Assembly (NCBI GenBank): GCA_029218505.1
Contig: JAQXRL010000062.1
Location: 1-36,160, forward strand
Source: Eubacteriales bacterium
GTDB taxonomy: Bacteria > Bacillota > Clostridia > Christensenellales > Aristaeellaceae
Reading direction: 5' to 3'
DNA: 36,160 bases
Under the pieces are notes generated by a model. That model searched no databases and was not told the origin of the DNA. It was given only the letters and a program-made list of their open reading frames with translations. Each line of letters starts with the position of its first letter. Within the stretch, counting starts at the first letter, position 1. Shown one piece after another: positions 1 through 8,704 of this stretch. A program made the position numbers and the translations under genes.

Positions 1-3000
1 GGCGAGCTTACCGCCCTGAACGAAGGCGACATTATCGTCACCGCCACCGCTCAGGACACCGATGTGGCTGCCAATGTGAACGTAAGCATCTCCGCTGCCG
101 CGCCGCTTCCCTCCATTGCGATAACCGGCGAAACCAATGTAACGGTTGGCGCCGTCGTATCCTATTCCGCCTCCGCCAGCAATTTTGCAACCGCACCCAC
201 CATTCACTGGAGCGTTTCCAATGCCGACGGCGCTGCGGAACCACACGCCACCATCGACGCGGAAGGCAATCTTTCCGCCGTTCATGCGGGCAGCGTCGTG
301 GTTACCGCCACCGCCCAGGACACGGAGGTTTCCGGCAATTTGGCGGTGACCATTGTTGCCGCGACTCCTACAAACACGCCCGAACAGCTTCCCGATCCGC
401 AAGTGATCATCTCGGGCGAAAACACCGTTGCCGAAGGCCGCGCGATCCAACTCAGCGCTTCCGTGGATCAGTATCCGGACGCGGTGTTTTCCTGGAGCGT
501 ATCCAGCGAGGATGGCGTCGCCCATGCCAGCGTTGACCAGAACGGCATGGTTACAGGCATAAAGGCCGGCATGGCAATCATCACCGTTTCCACCATCCTG
601 AACGAAAAAACCTGGTCCGCTACCTTCGCTGTTTCCGTGTTCGCGCCTTACTTGACCATTGTTGCGCCGGAAAATGCTTCCAGTCTATTCGTCGGCAGTT
701 TCTTGCAATTTGCCGCGCAAGCGGTTGGACTGGAAAACGACCTTGCCGTTACATGGAGCATCGCCAATGCCGATGGTACCGAAAGCGCCTATGCTTCCGT
801 GGACGAAAATGGCCTGGTCACCGGTTTGGCGGAAGGCAAGGTCAGCGTGCGAGCCACCGTCACCGCAAACAACAACACCTATTCCGACGCATACGCCTTG
901 GACATCGTGCCGGTGGAAATTACCTCGGCGGTTATTTCCACGCCGCAGGCTGAAATTTTCTCCTGCAACGCGCTGCAATTCTCTTTGAGCTTCCTTCCCG
1001 AAAACGCCACGTATCTTCCTGCCGCGCAGGATATTTCCTGGATTCTGGAAGAAGGCGCGGCTTCCGCAACCATCAACGACGGACTTTTGACGCCCATTGT
1101 GAACGAAGAAGGGCTTCTGATGGGCGACGACGGCCAGGGCGGCGTAACCACCGTGGATGCCGCAACGGTGGTGGTGCGCGGCTACTATGGCGAACTCTAT
1201 GCCACCGCGAACGTCACCATTCGCCAGGCCGTGACGGAATTGTTCACGGAAGAGAGCCTGTCTGTCGCAATGGGAAGGACCGAACAAATTCAGTTTGCCG
1301 TTGCGCCGGTTGGCGCGAATCAGACGATCACCTGGAGCACTTCGGATTCTTCCATCGCCACCGTAGACGAACGCGGCTCGGTTACCGGCGTGTCCGCGGG
1401 CGACGCATCCATCACCGCTTCCATTGACGGCGGCAGACTGACTGCCACGACGCAGGTTCACGTAACGCAGCTGGCAGAAGATTTCGATGTGTTCTGTCCC
1501 GTCAGCTTCCTGCCCATTGGCGATTCCTGCACCGTCATGACCTTGTTCTATCCTGCCGCATCTTCCGACCATCTGGAATGGGAATCCTCGGATCCGGCGG
1601 TGGCTTCCATCAACGAGCGCGGCAAGATTACCGGTCACGCCGCCGGAAGCGTCTCCCTCCGCGCCACCAACGCCAGCGGCATCGTCAAAACCATCGAATT
1701 GGACGTGGGCGTTCCCGCGGATTCCATTCTGTTGTTCTCGGATTTGTTCTCCTTCGATTATCTGGTGCTTGGCGTGGGCCAGGTCATCACGCTGCCGGTA
1801 ACGCTGGCTCCGGAAAACGCCACGCTGGCCAGTTGCATTTCCTTTGACAACGACAATGGCGCATACGTCATTACAAACGGCGCCAACAGCATCAAAGGCG
1901 TGAAGAAGGGCCGCACCAGCGTTACGTTTATCTCCGCAGACGGTTTTGCCTCGCGCACGATCCAAATTCGCGTGGTGGATAAAAACAGAGGCGTTACCAA
2001 GCTGAGTTTGAACAAATCTTCCATCAGCATTCAGGAAGGAAAGACATACTCCCTGCGTGCATCCGTAAATTCCTCCGCTTCCGTCAAGGGCGTATTGTGG
2101 CTCAGCGCCGACGCCAATATTGCCGCCGTCAACGGCAAGGGGAAGGTTACAGCGGCAAACCCTGGCACCACAACGGTCTACTGCCTGGCTTCCTCGGGCA
2201 TTCTGCGCTCCTGCAGCGTGACGGTGAAGGAAGTTCTTCCTTCCTCTGTGAAGCTGAACAAGTCCCGGCTGTCCATCTATGCAGGCAAGAGTTACAAGCT
2301 GAAGGCCACGATTTCTCCCTCCAACGTGCTTCAGGAAGCAAACCGCGTGTTGCATTGGAGCACCAGCAATCCCATGGTAGCGCTGGTAACGGATGAGGGA
2401 CAGGTTTTCGCCATGAGTCCCGGCACATGCACCATCAAGGTCACCACGGCCAACGGCAAAACCCGCAGTTGTACGGTTACGGTCAAGGCCGTTCGCGTCA
2501 GCAAGGTATCCGCCTCCAATCCCCATGGAACCCTGGTGACTGGCGGTGAATATCAGATGAATTGCACGCTGTCTCCTTCCAACGCCTCCAACAAGGAAGT
2601 GACCTGGAAGTCCAGCAACAACCGCGTCGCGTCGGTAAATTCCGCCGGCGTCGTGTTGGCAAAATCCACCGGCAAGGCGACCATTACCGCAACCGCCAAG
2701 GACGGTTCCGGCAAGCGCGCTTCCTTCCAAGTAACGGTGAAGGCCGCGCCGCTGGAAGCCTTCTATGTGACATATCAAAATTCCGAAACCGGCGAAGAGA
2801 TCTCCCTGGAGGGCACAACGCTGGAAATGGCATACGGCCAGCAAATACAGGTGACGCCCTACGTAACGCCCAGCATCTCCGGCGTGTTTACCTCCAGCAA
2901 CGATAGCGTCGCCACCGTTACCAAGAACGGCCTGATCACGGCCACCGGCGGCGGAACCGCGACCATTACGGCAATTGCCGGCGGACAATACTCCCTGTCC

Positions 3001-3915
3001 TTCCAGGTACACGTGGCCACAGACAGCACCGTTGCCTACCGCGCCCTGGTGATTGGCCAATTCACCAGTTCCAAGCAAAAGGGATATCTGACGTTCTGCG
3101 CAAACAGTTGCACGGGAATATACGATACGCTCAAACGCAGCCGCTTGGATGGCAACGGTTACAGCATTGCCACGGGCCGGAATTATTCCGATCCCCAGTC
3201 CGTACTGAACAAGATCGCTTCTACTTTTGCGGATGCGGATGAGGATGACGTTTCCATCATCTACATGAATGCCCACGGCGAATCCCATGACGGTTCGTAT
3301 CGGTGGTATCTGTATTACGGAGACGACCCCAACGACGCTTCTACTTATCTGACTGGCGGACAAATTGTCAATGCGGTGAAGCAGATCAAAGGTCACGTGG
3401 TATTGTTCCTGGCTTCTTGTTACAGCGGCGTTTGTCTGACGGATCCGGAAAATGCGGAAACCTTCGATACGGCGGAAATCAACGCCTTGGCCGAAGAAGC
3501 CCAAAGCGAGTTGATGAGCGCCTCCGCCACCGTTCGCAGCATGATATCCAGCGCGGATAAATCCGCCGCAGGCAGCATTTCCGTGCTGTGCGCCGCAACG
3601 GACACCACCGGATGCTATCTGAAAACCGCCTCTACCCGATCCATTGATTTCTTCACGGAAGCCGCCACGCGGGGCATGGGCTGGAATCTGTTGGACGACG
3701 TCTCATGCACCCCTGCCGCAGATTCCAACGGCGACGGTATCGTGACGTTGGGAGAACTGGCGCCCTATGTACGCAGCGAGACCACCAGTTCTACAGAGTA
3801 TTACCAGAAACTGTTCCCCTCTGCATTCATGGGCAATCCCAGCGCAACCTCCTGTTACTATGTCTCCTCCAAGGCCAAAAACCTGGCGATTGTAGGCGGC
3901 ATGAACGCTCAATAA
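1..3915 (+). CDS. Large secreted/surface-type protein, 5'-partial (runs off the window start): about 12 tandem bacterial Ig-like (Big_2) repeats followed by a C-terminal caspase-like domain
   Basis: Frame 1 is open from nt 1 (GELTALNEGDIIVTATAQD...), with no stop before the track's GTG at 64, through to TAA at 3913-3915. It contains successive ~80-90 aa modules with the Big_2 pattern, e.g. ITWSTSDSSIATVDERGSVTGVSAGDASITAS and VTWKSSNNRVASVNSAGVVLAKSTGKATITATA. The last ~290 aa form a caspase-like domain (next entry). The N-terminus and any signal peptide lie outside the window. Confidence 0.85.
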   Translation, partial: GELTALNEGDIIVTATAQDTDVAANVNVSISAAAPLPSIAITGETNVTVGAVVSYSASASNFATAPTIHWSVSNADGAAEPHATIDAEGNLSAVHAGSVVVTATAQDTEVSGNLAVTIVAATPTNTPEQLPDPQVIISGENTVAEGRAIQLSASVDQYPDAVFSWSVSSEDGVAHASVDQNGMVTGIKAGMAIITVSTILNEKTWSATFAVSVFAPYLTIVAPENASSLFVGSFLQFAAQAVGLENDLAVTWSIANADGTESAYASVDENGLVTGLAEGKVSVRATVTANNNTYSDAYALDIVPVEITSAVISTPQAEIFSCNALQFSLSFLPENATYLPAAQDISWILEEGAASATINDGLLTPIVNEEGLLMGDDGQGGVTTVDAATVVVRGYYGELYATANVTIRQAVTELFTEESLSVAMGRTEQIQFAVAPVGANQTITWSTSDSSIATVDERGSVTGVSAGDASITASIDGGRLTATTQVHVTQLAEDFDVFCPVSFLPIGDSCTVMTLFYPAASSDHLEWESSDPAVASINERGKITGHAAGSVSLRATNASGIVKTIELDVGVPADSILLFSDLFSFDYLVLGVGQVITLPVTLAPENATLASCISFDNDNGAYVITNGANSIKGVKKGRTSVTFISADGFASRTIQIRVVDKNRGVTKLSLNKSSISIQEGKTYSLRASVNSSASVKGVLWLSADANIAAVNGKGKVTAANPGTTTVYCLASSGILRSCSVTVKEVLPSSVKLNKSRLSIYAGKSYKLKATISPSNVLQEANRVLHWSTSNPMVALVTDEGQVFAMSPGTCTIKVTTANGKTRSCTVTVKAVRVSKVSASNPHGTLVTGGEYQMNCTLSPSNASNKEVTWKSSNNRVASVNSAGVVLAKSTGKATITATAKDGSGKRASFQVTVKAAPLEAFYVTYQNSETGEEISLEGTTLEMAYGQQIQVTPYVTPSISGVFTSSNDSVATVTKNGLITATGGGTATITAIAGGQYSLSFQVHVATDSTVAYRALVIGQFTSSKQKGYLTFCANSCTGIYDTLKRSRLDGNGYSIATGRNYSDPQSVLNKIASTFADADEDDVSIIYMNAHGESHDGSYRWYLYYGDDPNDASTYLTGGQIVNAVKQIKGHVVLFLASCYSGVCLTDPENAETFDTAEINALAEEAQSELMSASATVRSMISSADKSAAGSISVLCAATDTTGCYLKTASTRSIDFFTEAATRGMGWNLLDDVSCTPAADSNGDGIVTLGELAPYVRSETTSSTEYYQKLFPSAFMGNPSATSCYYVSSKAKNLAIVGGMNAQ
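3031..3800 (+). other. Caspase-like (peptidase C14-type) domain within the Big_2 protein
   Basis: VAYRALVIGQ looks like the first strand. IIYMNAHGES supplies a His (codon 3274-3276) and VVLFLASCYSG a Cys (codon 3418-3420), 48 codons apart, as expected for a caspase-fold His/Cys dyad. A DSNGDGIVTLGEL calcium-loop-like motif lies at 3721-3759, as is often seen after bacterial C14 domains. Domain borders are approximate. Confidence 0.65.
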
Positions 3916-3934
3916 TTTTCGCCATGCGAACCTT

Positions 3935-3967
3935 GCCCGCCGGTTTATTGCCGGTGGGCCTTTGTTT
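3935..3967 (+). terminator. Intrinsic terminator after the Big_2/caspase gene
   Basis: GCCCGCCGG (3935-3943) pairs with CCGGTGGGC (3951-3959): 9 bp including one G-U, with a 7-nt loop. TTTGTTT follows at 3961-3967. Confidence 0.6.
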
Positions 3968-4087
3968 CCGGATCTCCAGACGCCGCCGCCGTTTTAAGCT
4001 GTACGTAATGCATAATTTACGCATTTGCATTCGCAAAATCTATAATTATACACTTGCGCAAAAACCTCCTTCTGATGTAATCTATAG

Positions 4088-5455
<1,368 letters not shown>

Positions 5456-5490
5456 AATCCCTTCCAGACAAAATCCTCTATGGAAACACA

Positions 5491-5527
5491 GCAAAGAACC
5501 GGAAAGGCAATCTTTCCGGTTCTTTGC
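5491..5527 (+). terminator. Perfect 16-bp hairpin after gdhA, with a weak U tract
   Basis: GCAAAGAACCGGAAAG-gcaat-CTTTCCGGTTCTTTGC, 36 nt after the gdhA stop. The plus strand has no clean T run after it; the minus strand has a T-rich stretch (ctgtgtttcc). It is a terminator or an RNA-stabilising hairpin. Confidence 0.6.
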
Positions 5528-5872
5528 TCAGACGGTCGAAAAGCGCAGGAAAAGCATGAGCGGGCTTGGGGACACGCAAATTGCCATCGCGGGCGGCGGC
5601 ATGTACGGCGACCACGGCCGCAACTGGCACAGCAGTGTCAGCAGCCCGGCAAGGCTGGCATAGCGCCATGCGTTTGCGCGGGAAATGCATATCTGCTCTG
5701 CTGGTTGCCGCGGAAATTCTTAGAAATTTCAGGCGAGATATGCTCTGCTTTCATGGCGTCAAAAACGCTGCTTTGAGACGCGTTTGGAAACTGATCGCGC
5801 AATCTTTCCGGTTTCTTTATGGTATGCGAGCAAAAATTTACGTGCAAGGAAGAACTTTGCACGCGGCTTTGC

Positions 5873-5901
5873 TTGACTTTTCCAATCGAGATCGGTATAA
5901 T
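5873..5901 (+). promoter_or_regulatory. Near-consensus sigma-A type promoter for the decarboxylase beta-subunit transcript
   Basis: TTGACT (5873-5878), 17-nt spacer, TATAAT (5896-5901). Confidence 0.6.
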
Positions 5902-5907
5902 TATGCC

Positions 5908-6027
5908 CTGTAAAGGGGAGTAGCAAGCGCAACCTGCGCAGCCGCGTGCGTCATCTCGGCGATTCCGCCCGCATCGGTTTGAAATTGCAAGACCTTTGCA
6001 GCCTTCGTGTTGCAAAGGTCTTTTTTT
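5908..6027 (+). promoter_or_regulatory. Approximately 120-nt structured 5' leader ending in an intrinsic terminator; candidate attenuator or riboswitch
   Basis: It lies between the promoter above and the beta-subunit RBS. Short GC hairpins occur at 5906-5918 (CCCU-guaa-AGGG) and 5927-5939 (GCGCA-acc-UGCGC). The terminator is at 5989-6027. UGUAAAGG at 5909-5916 mimics the terminator 3' arm, so it could act as an antiterminator. The RNA class was not identified. Confidence 0.45.
5989..6027 (+). terminator. Intrinsic terminator inside the leader, 37 nt upstream of the beta-subunit ATG
   Basis: AAGACCTTTGCA (5989-6000) pairs with TGCAAAGGTCTT (6011-6022): 12 bp with a 10-nt loop. The T run extends to 6027. 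Confidence 0.7.
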
Positions 6028-6064
6028 GCGACACTGCATTTCCCATCTTGAAGGAGGTACCATT

Positions 6065-7156
6065 ATGCAAGCCATTCTCGGCAACTTCACCGCCATCACC
6101 CTTCCGATGGTCATCATGTGGTGCATTGGCGGGCTGCTCATCTTCCTGGCCATCAAAAAGGACATGGAGCCGTCTTTGCTGCTGCCCATGGGATTCGGCG
6201 CAATCATGGTAAACCTGCCCTTTTCCGGGGCTGTGGAAACGTTGGAAACGCTGTTTTCTGCCGGCATTGCCAACGAATTGTTTCCGTTATTGCTGTTTAT
6301 TGGCATCGGCGCCATGATCGATTTTGGGCCGCTGCTATCCAACCCCAAAATGCTCCTGTTTGGCGCCGCGGCGCAGTTTGGCATCTTCTTTACGCTATCC
6401 ATGGCAAGTTTGTTTGGCTTTGATCTAAAGGATGCCGCTTCCATCGCGATCATCGGCGCGGCCGACGGTCCCACATCCATCTTTGTGGCAAACTATTTTG
6501 GCACAAAGTATATTGGCGCAATTATCGTGGCGGCATATTCTTACATGGCATTGGTACCCATCGTACAGCCCGCCTGCATCCGGCTGGTAACCACCAAAAA
6601 GGAGCGCCTGATCCATATGGATTATGCGCCGGGCAAAATTTCCAAGACCACGCGCATCCTGTTCCCCATTTTGGTGACCGTGCTTGCAGGCCTTGTGGCG
6701 CCGACATCCGTTGCGCTGGTGGGATTTTTGATGTTTGGCAATCTCCTGCGGGAATGCGGCGTATTGAACTCTCTTTCTGAAGCGGCGCAGAACATGCTGG
6801 CCAATTTGATTACCCTCCTGCTGGGGCTCACGGTGGCGGTACGCATGCAGGCCGACGCATTCCTGGCGCCGGAAACGTTGCTGATCCTGGCGTTGGGACT
6901 AATCGCCTTTATGTTTGACACCTTTGGCGGCGTGTTGTTCGCCAAATTCCTGAATCTGTTTTTTAAGCAGAAGATCAACCCGATGATTGGCGCAGCCGGA
7001 ATTTCCGCCTTCCCCATGTCTTCCCGTGTGGTGCACAAAATGGGCTTGAAGGAAGACCCCTACAACTATCTGCTCATGCATGCCGCCGGCGCCAACGTGG
7101 CCGGACAGATTGCGTCTGTCATTGCAGGCGGCATGATTATCGCCTTAATCGGTTGA
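6065..7156 (+). CDS. Sodium ion-translocating decarboxylase beta subunit (OadB/GcdB/MmdB family membrane protein)
   Basis: 363 aa counted from the ATG at 6065, which has GAAGGAGG 7 nt upstream. The track ORF begins at 5996, but that extension covers the RBS. It matches OadB closely from memory: FGPLLSNPKMLLFGAAAQFGIF, IIGAADGPTSIF, AAYSYMALVPIVQP, KINPMIGAAGISAFPMSSRV, LLMHAAGANVAG. Confidence 0.93.
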   Translation: MQAILGNFTAITLPMVIMWCIGGLLIFLAIKKDMEPSLLLPMGFGAIMVNLPFSGAVETLETLFSAGIANELFPLLLFIGIGAMIDFGPLLSNPKMLLFGAAAQFGIFFTLSMASLFGFDLKDAASIAIIGAADGPTSIFVANYFGTKYIGAIIVAAYSYMALVPIVQPACIRLVTTKKERLIHMDYAPGKISKTTRILFPILVTVLAGLVAPTSVALVGFLMFGNLLRECGVLNSLSEAAQNMLANLITLLLGLTVAVRMQADAFLAPETLLILALGLIAFMFDTFGGVLFAKFLNLFFKQKINPMIGAAGISAFPMSSRVVHKMGLKEDPYNYLLMHAAGANVAGQIASVIAGGMIIALIG

Positions 7157-7172
7157 CAAGGAGGATACATTC

Positions 7173-7298
7173 ATGCATATCAATTTTGCTGCGTTCCTGG
7201 ACACGCTGCCCATTATGCTTTACGGCATGATCTCCATTTTTGCCGTCATGGCCGCTATTTTCGCCATTGTGGCAATCCTAAACCGCTTTACGAAGTAA
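7173..7298 (+). CDS. 41-aa single-pass membrane peptide, possibly an OadG-like small subunit
   Basis: Absent from the ORF track because it is under 60 aa. ATG at 7173 is preceded by AGGAGG (7159-7164) with 8-nt spacing, 16 nt after the beta-subunit stop. Translation: MHINFAAFLDTLPIMLYGMISIFAVMAAIFAIVAILNRFTK, a hydrophobic helix with a basic tail. TAA at 7296-7298 is followed by a terminator. Confidence 0.6.
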   Translation: MHINFAAFLDTLPIMLYGMISIFAVMAAIFAIVAILNRFTK

Positions 7299-7316
7299 GA
7301 ATTCCCAAAACATCCG

Positions 7317-7359
7317 GGAGCCTGATGGCCGTTGTTCCGCCACCAGGCTCCTGTCTTTT
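7317..7359. terminator. Bidirectional terminator between the convergent small ORF (+) and M16 peptidase (-)
   Basis: GGAGCCTG (7317-7324) pairs with CAGGCTCC (7344-7351). TGTCTTTT follows on the plus strand, and GUUUUGGG follows on the minus strand. Confidence 0.6.
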
Positions 7360-7384
7360 GGCATTTGGGAAAACTTTTTGCGGG

Positions 7385-8623
7385 CTATATCTCCATTCCG
7401 GAAACGCCCTTGCCCACCAACGCGATGGCGCATGGCGCAGAAAGCAGTTCCCTTGCCAGGGCGTTGACGCCATCCAGCGTCAGCGCGTTGACGCGGTTGA
7501 TCACTTCCGTCTCCGTGCGCGTTTCGTTCATCAGCAGCAGCCGGCGGCCAATGGATTGCATTCTGGCGGAAGTGGATTCCTGTCCCAGAATAAACCCGGC
7601 TTTCAGCTGCTCCCGGCCCATGGTGAATTCCCGCTGCGTCAATCCGTCCCGCGCCATGCGCGCGGCCTCTTCCCGCAGCATTTCTGCCACGCGAACGGCG
7701 TTTTCCGGGTTGGTGCCGGCATATACTGTCAAAAGTCCGCAGTCTGTATACACGCCCGGATAGCTGTATACGGAATACGCCAGACCGCTTTCCTCACGGA
7801 TTCTCTGAAACAGCCTGGAAGACATGGAGCCGCCAAATACGCTGTTCAGCAGCGCAAGGTCGTAATTGCGCTCATCCCATTGATCCAGTCCAGGATATCC
7901 CAGGCAAATGTGCACCTGCTCGATGTCTTTTTCCCGATTCAAGGTCGTCGGCGGCACGACGTTTGTAACAAAATCCGGCCGGGAATATCCCTCTGCGCTC
8001 CATGCGCCCAGATACTTTTCTGTCAGCGCCAGCACATGATCCCAATCATAGTTCCCCGCCAAGGAGAGCACGGCGTTCTCCGGGCGATACATCGCCTGAT
8101 AGTACGTCAGCAAATCCTGTCTGGAAAAGCCCCCCACGCTTGCGGAAGAGCCCAGAATGGGACGCGCGATGGGTTGATCGCCATACTTTGCCAGCATAAT
8201 CAGCTCGCCCGCCACATCCTCCGGCGTGTCCTCCGCCATGGAGATTTCTTCCAGCACCACGCCCTTTTCCTTCTCCATCTCCGCCGGATCAAACAACGGC
8301 GCCGTTACCAAATCCGAAATTACATCCATCGCCAAAGGCAGATGTTCGTCCACCACTTTGGCATAAAAACAAGTGCATTCCTTGGAGGTAAAGGCGTTCA
8401 GTTGACCGCCCACCTCATCCATTTCCTCCGCAATGTCCCGGGCCGTGCGCTTTTGTGTTCCCTTGAACACCATATGTTCCAAAAAATGGCTTACGCCCGC
8501 CTGCGCCGGGGTTTCATATTGCGAACCCGCGCCAAGCCACAAGCCTACAGATACCGAACGAAAATGCGGAATTTTCTCCCCGATCACGCGCAATCCGTTG
8601 GGTAGGGTTATCTGATCATACAC
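7385..8623 (-). CDS. M16 family zinc metallopeptidase (insulinase-like; YmxG/MlpA-type)
   Basis: 412 aa. GTG start with GGAGG 7 nt upstream. It has the inverted zinc motif HFLEH in GVSHFLEHMVFKGT. Its position downstream of pnp matches B. subtilis mlpA (ymxG). Confidence 0.9.
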   Translation of the reverse strand: MYDQITLPNGLRVIGEKIPHFRSVSVGLWLGAGSQYETPAQAGVSHFLEHMVFKGTQKRTARDIAEEMDEVGGQLNAFTSKECTCFYAKVVDEHLPLAMDVISDLVTAPLFDPAEMEKEKGVVLEEISMAEDTPEDVAGELIMLAKYGDQPIARPILGSSASVGGFSRQDLLTYYQAMYRPENAVLSLAGNYDWDHVLALTEKYLGAWSAEGYSRPDFVTNVVPPTTLNREKDIEQVHICLGYPGLDQWDERNYDLALLNSVFGGSMSSRLFQRIREESGLAYSVYSYPGVYTDCGLLTVYAGTNPENAVRVAEMLREEAARMARDGLTQREFTMGREQLKAGFILGQESTSARMQSIGRRLLLMNETRTETEVINRVNALTLDGVNALARELLSAPCAIALVGKGVSGMEI

Positions 8624-8704
8624 ACAAAAACCTCCGTTTCAAAACCGATGCGACACAATTTTTGGCAACAGGCAATGCACCGTTCTGCCGCGCTGATCTG
8701 TTTT

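Noticed and set aside
685-3504. 939-aa ORF on the minus strand, antisense to the Big_2/caspase gene. Similar long antisense ORFs occur at 4145-5494, 7325-8605, 21709-23250, 23457-24962, 25515-26633, 27752-29023, 28896-30419 and 30343-32220.
   Set aside because: Their translations are Arg/Gly/His/Ala-rich, low-complexity and motif-free. Each exactly shadows a gene with strong family motifs on the other strand. Long stop-free antisense frames are expected in GC-rich coding DNA.
4001-4083. AT-rich gdhA upstream region with small palindromes (TACGTA, ATGCAT), reiterated T(T/A)CGCA/TTTGCA hexamers, a TATAAT at 4041-4046, and an alternative promoter TTGCGC-16-TGTAAT
   Set aside because: Two competing promoter readings exist and neither has a good -35 element. 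No match to a regulator consensus I can name (the TnrA/GlnR-type site was checked by eye and is poor). It is left unannotated rather than guessed.
5528-5872. ~340-nt gap between the gdhA hairpin and the beta-subunit promoter. It contains track ORFs 5480-5776, 5566-5913 and 5478-5690, a 35-codon ORF starting at 5556 (MSGLGDTQIAIAGGGMYGD...) and a CodY-box-like sequence AATTCTTAGAAATTT (5715-5729).
   Set aside because: None of the ORFs has a credible RBS, composition or family motif, and one reads through the gdhA hairpin. The GxGxxG-like peptide could be a gene remnant, but that cannot be supported. The CodY-like site matches about 12 of 15 consensus positions by eye, which is common by chance.
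5996-6064. Upstream extensions of track ORFs: the beta subunit (5996-6064), rbfA (15825-15974), polA (32782-32925), UPF0340 (24925-24954) and XRE (33583-33645)
   Set aside because: In each case an internal ATG preceded by a strong GGAGG-type site matches the usual family N-terminus. The extensions run through RBS, terminator or promoter sequence.
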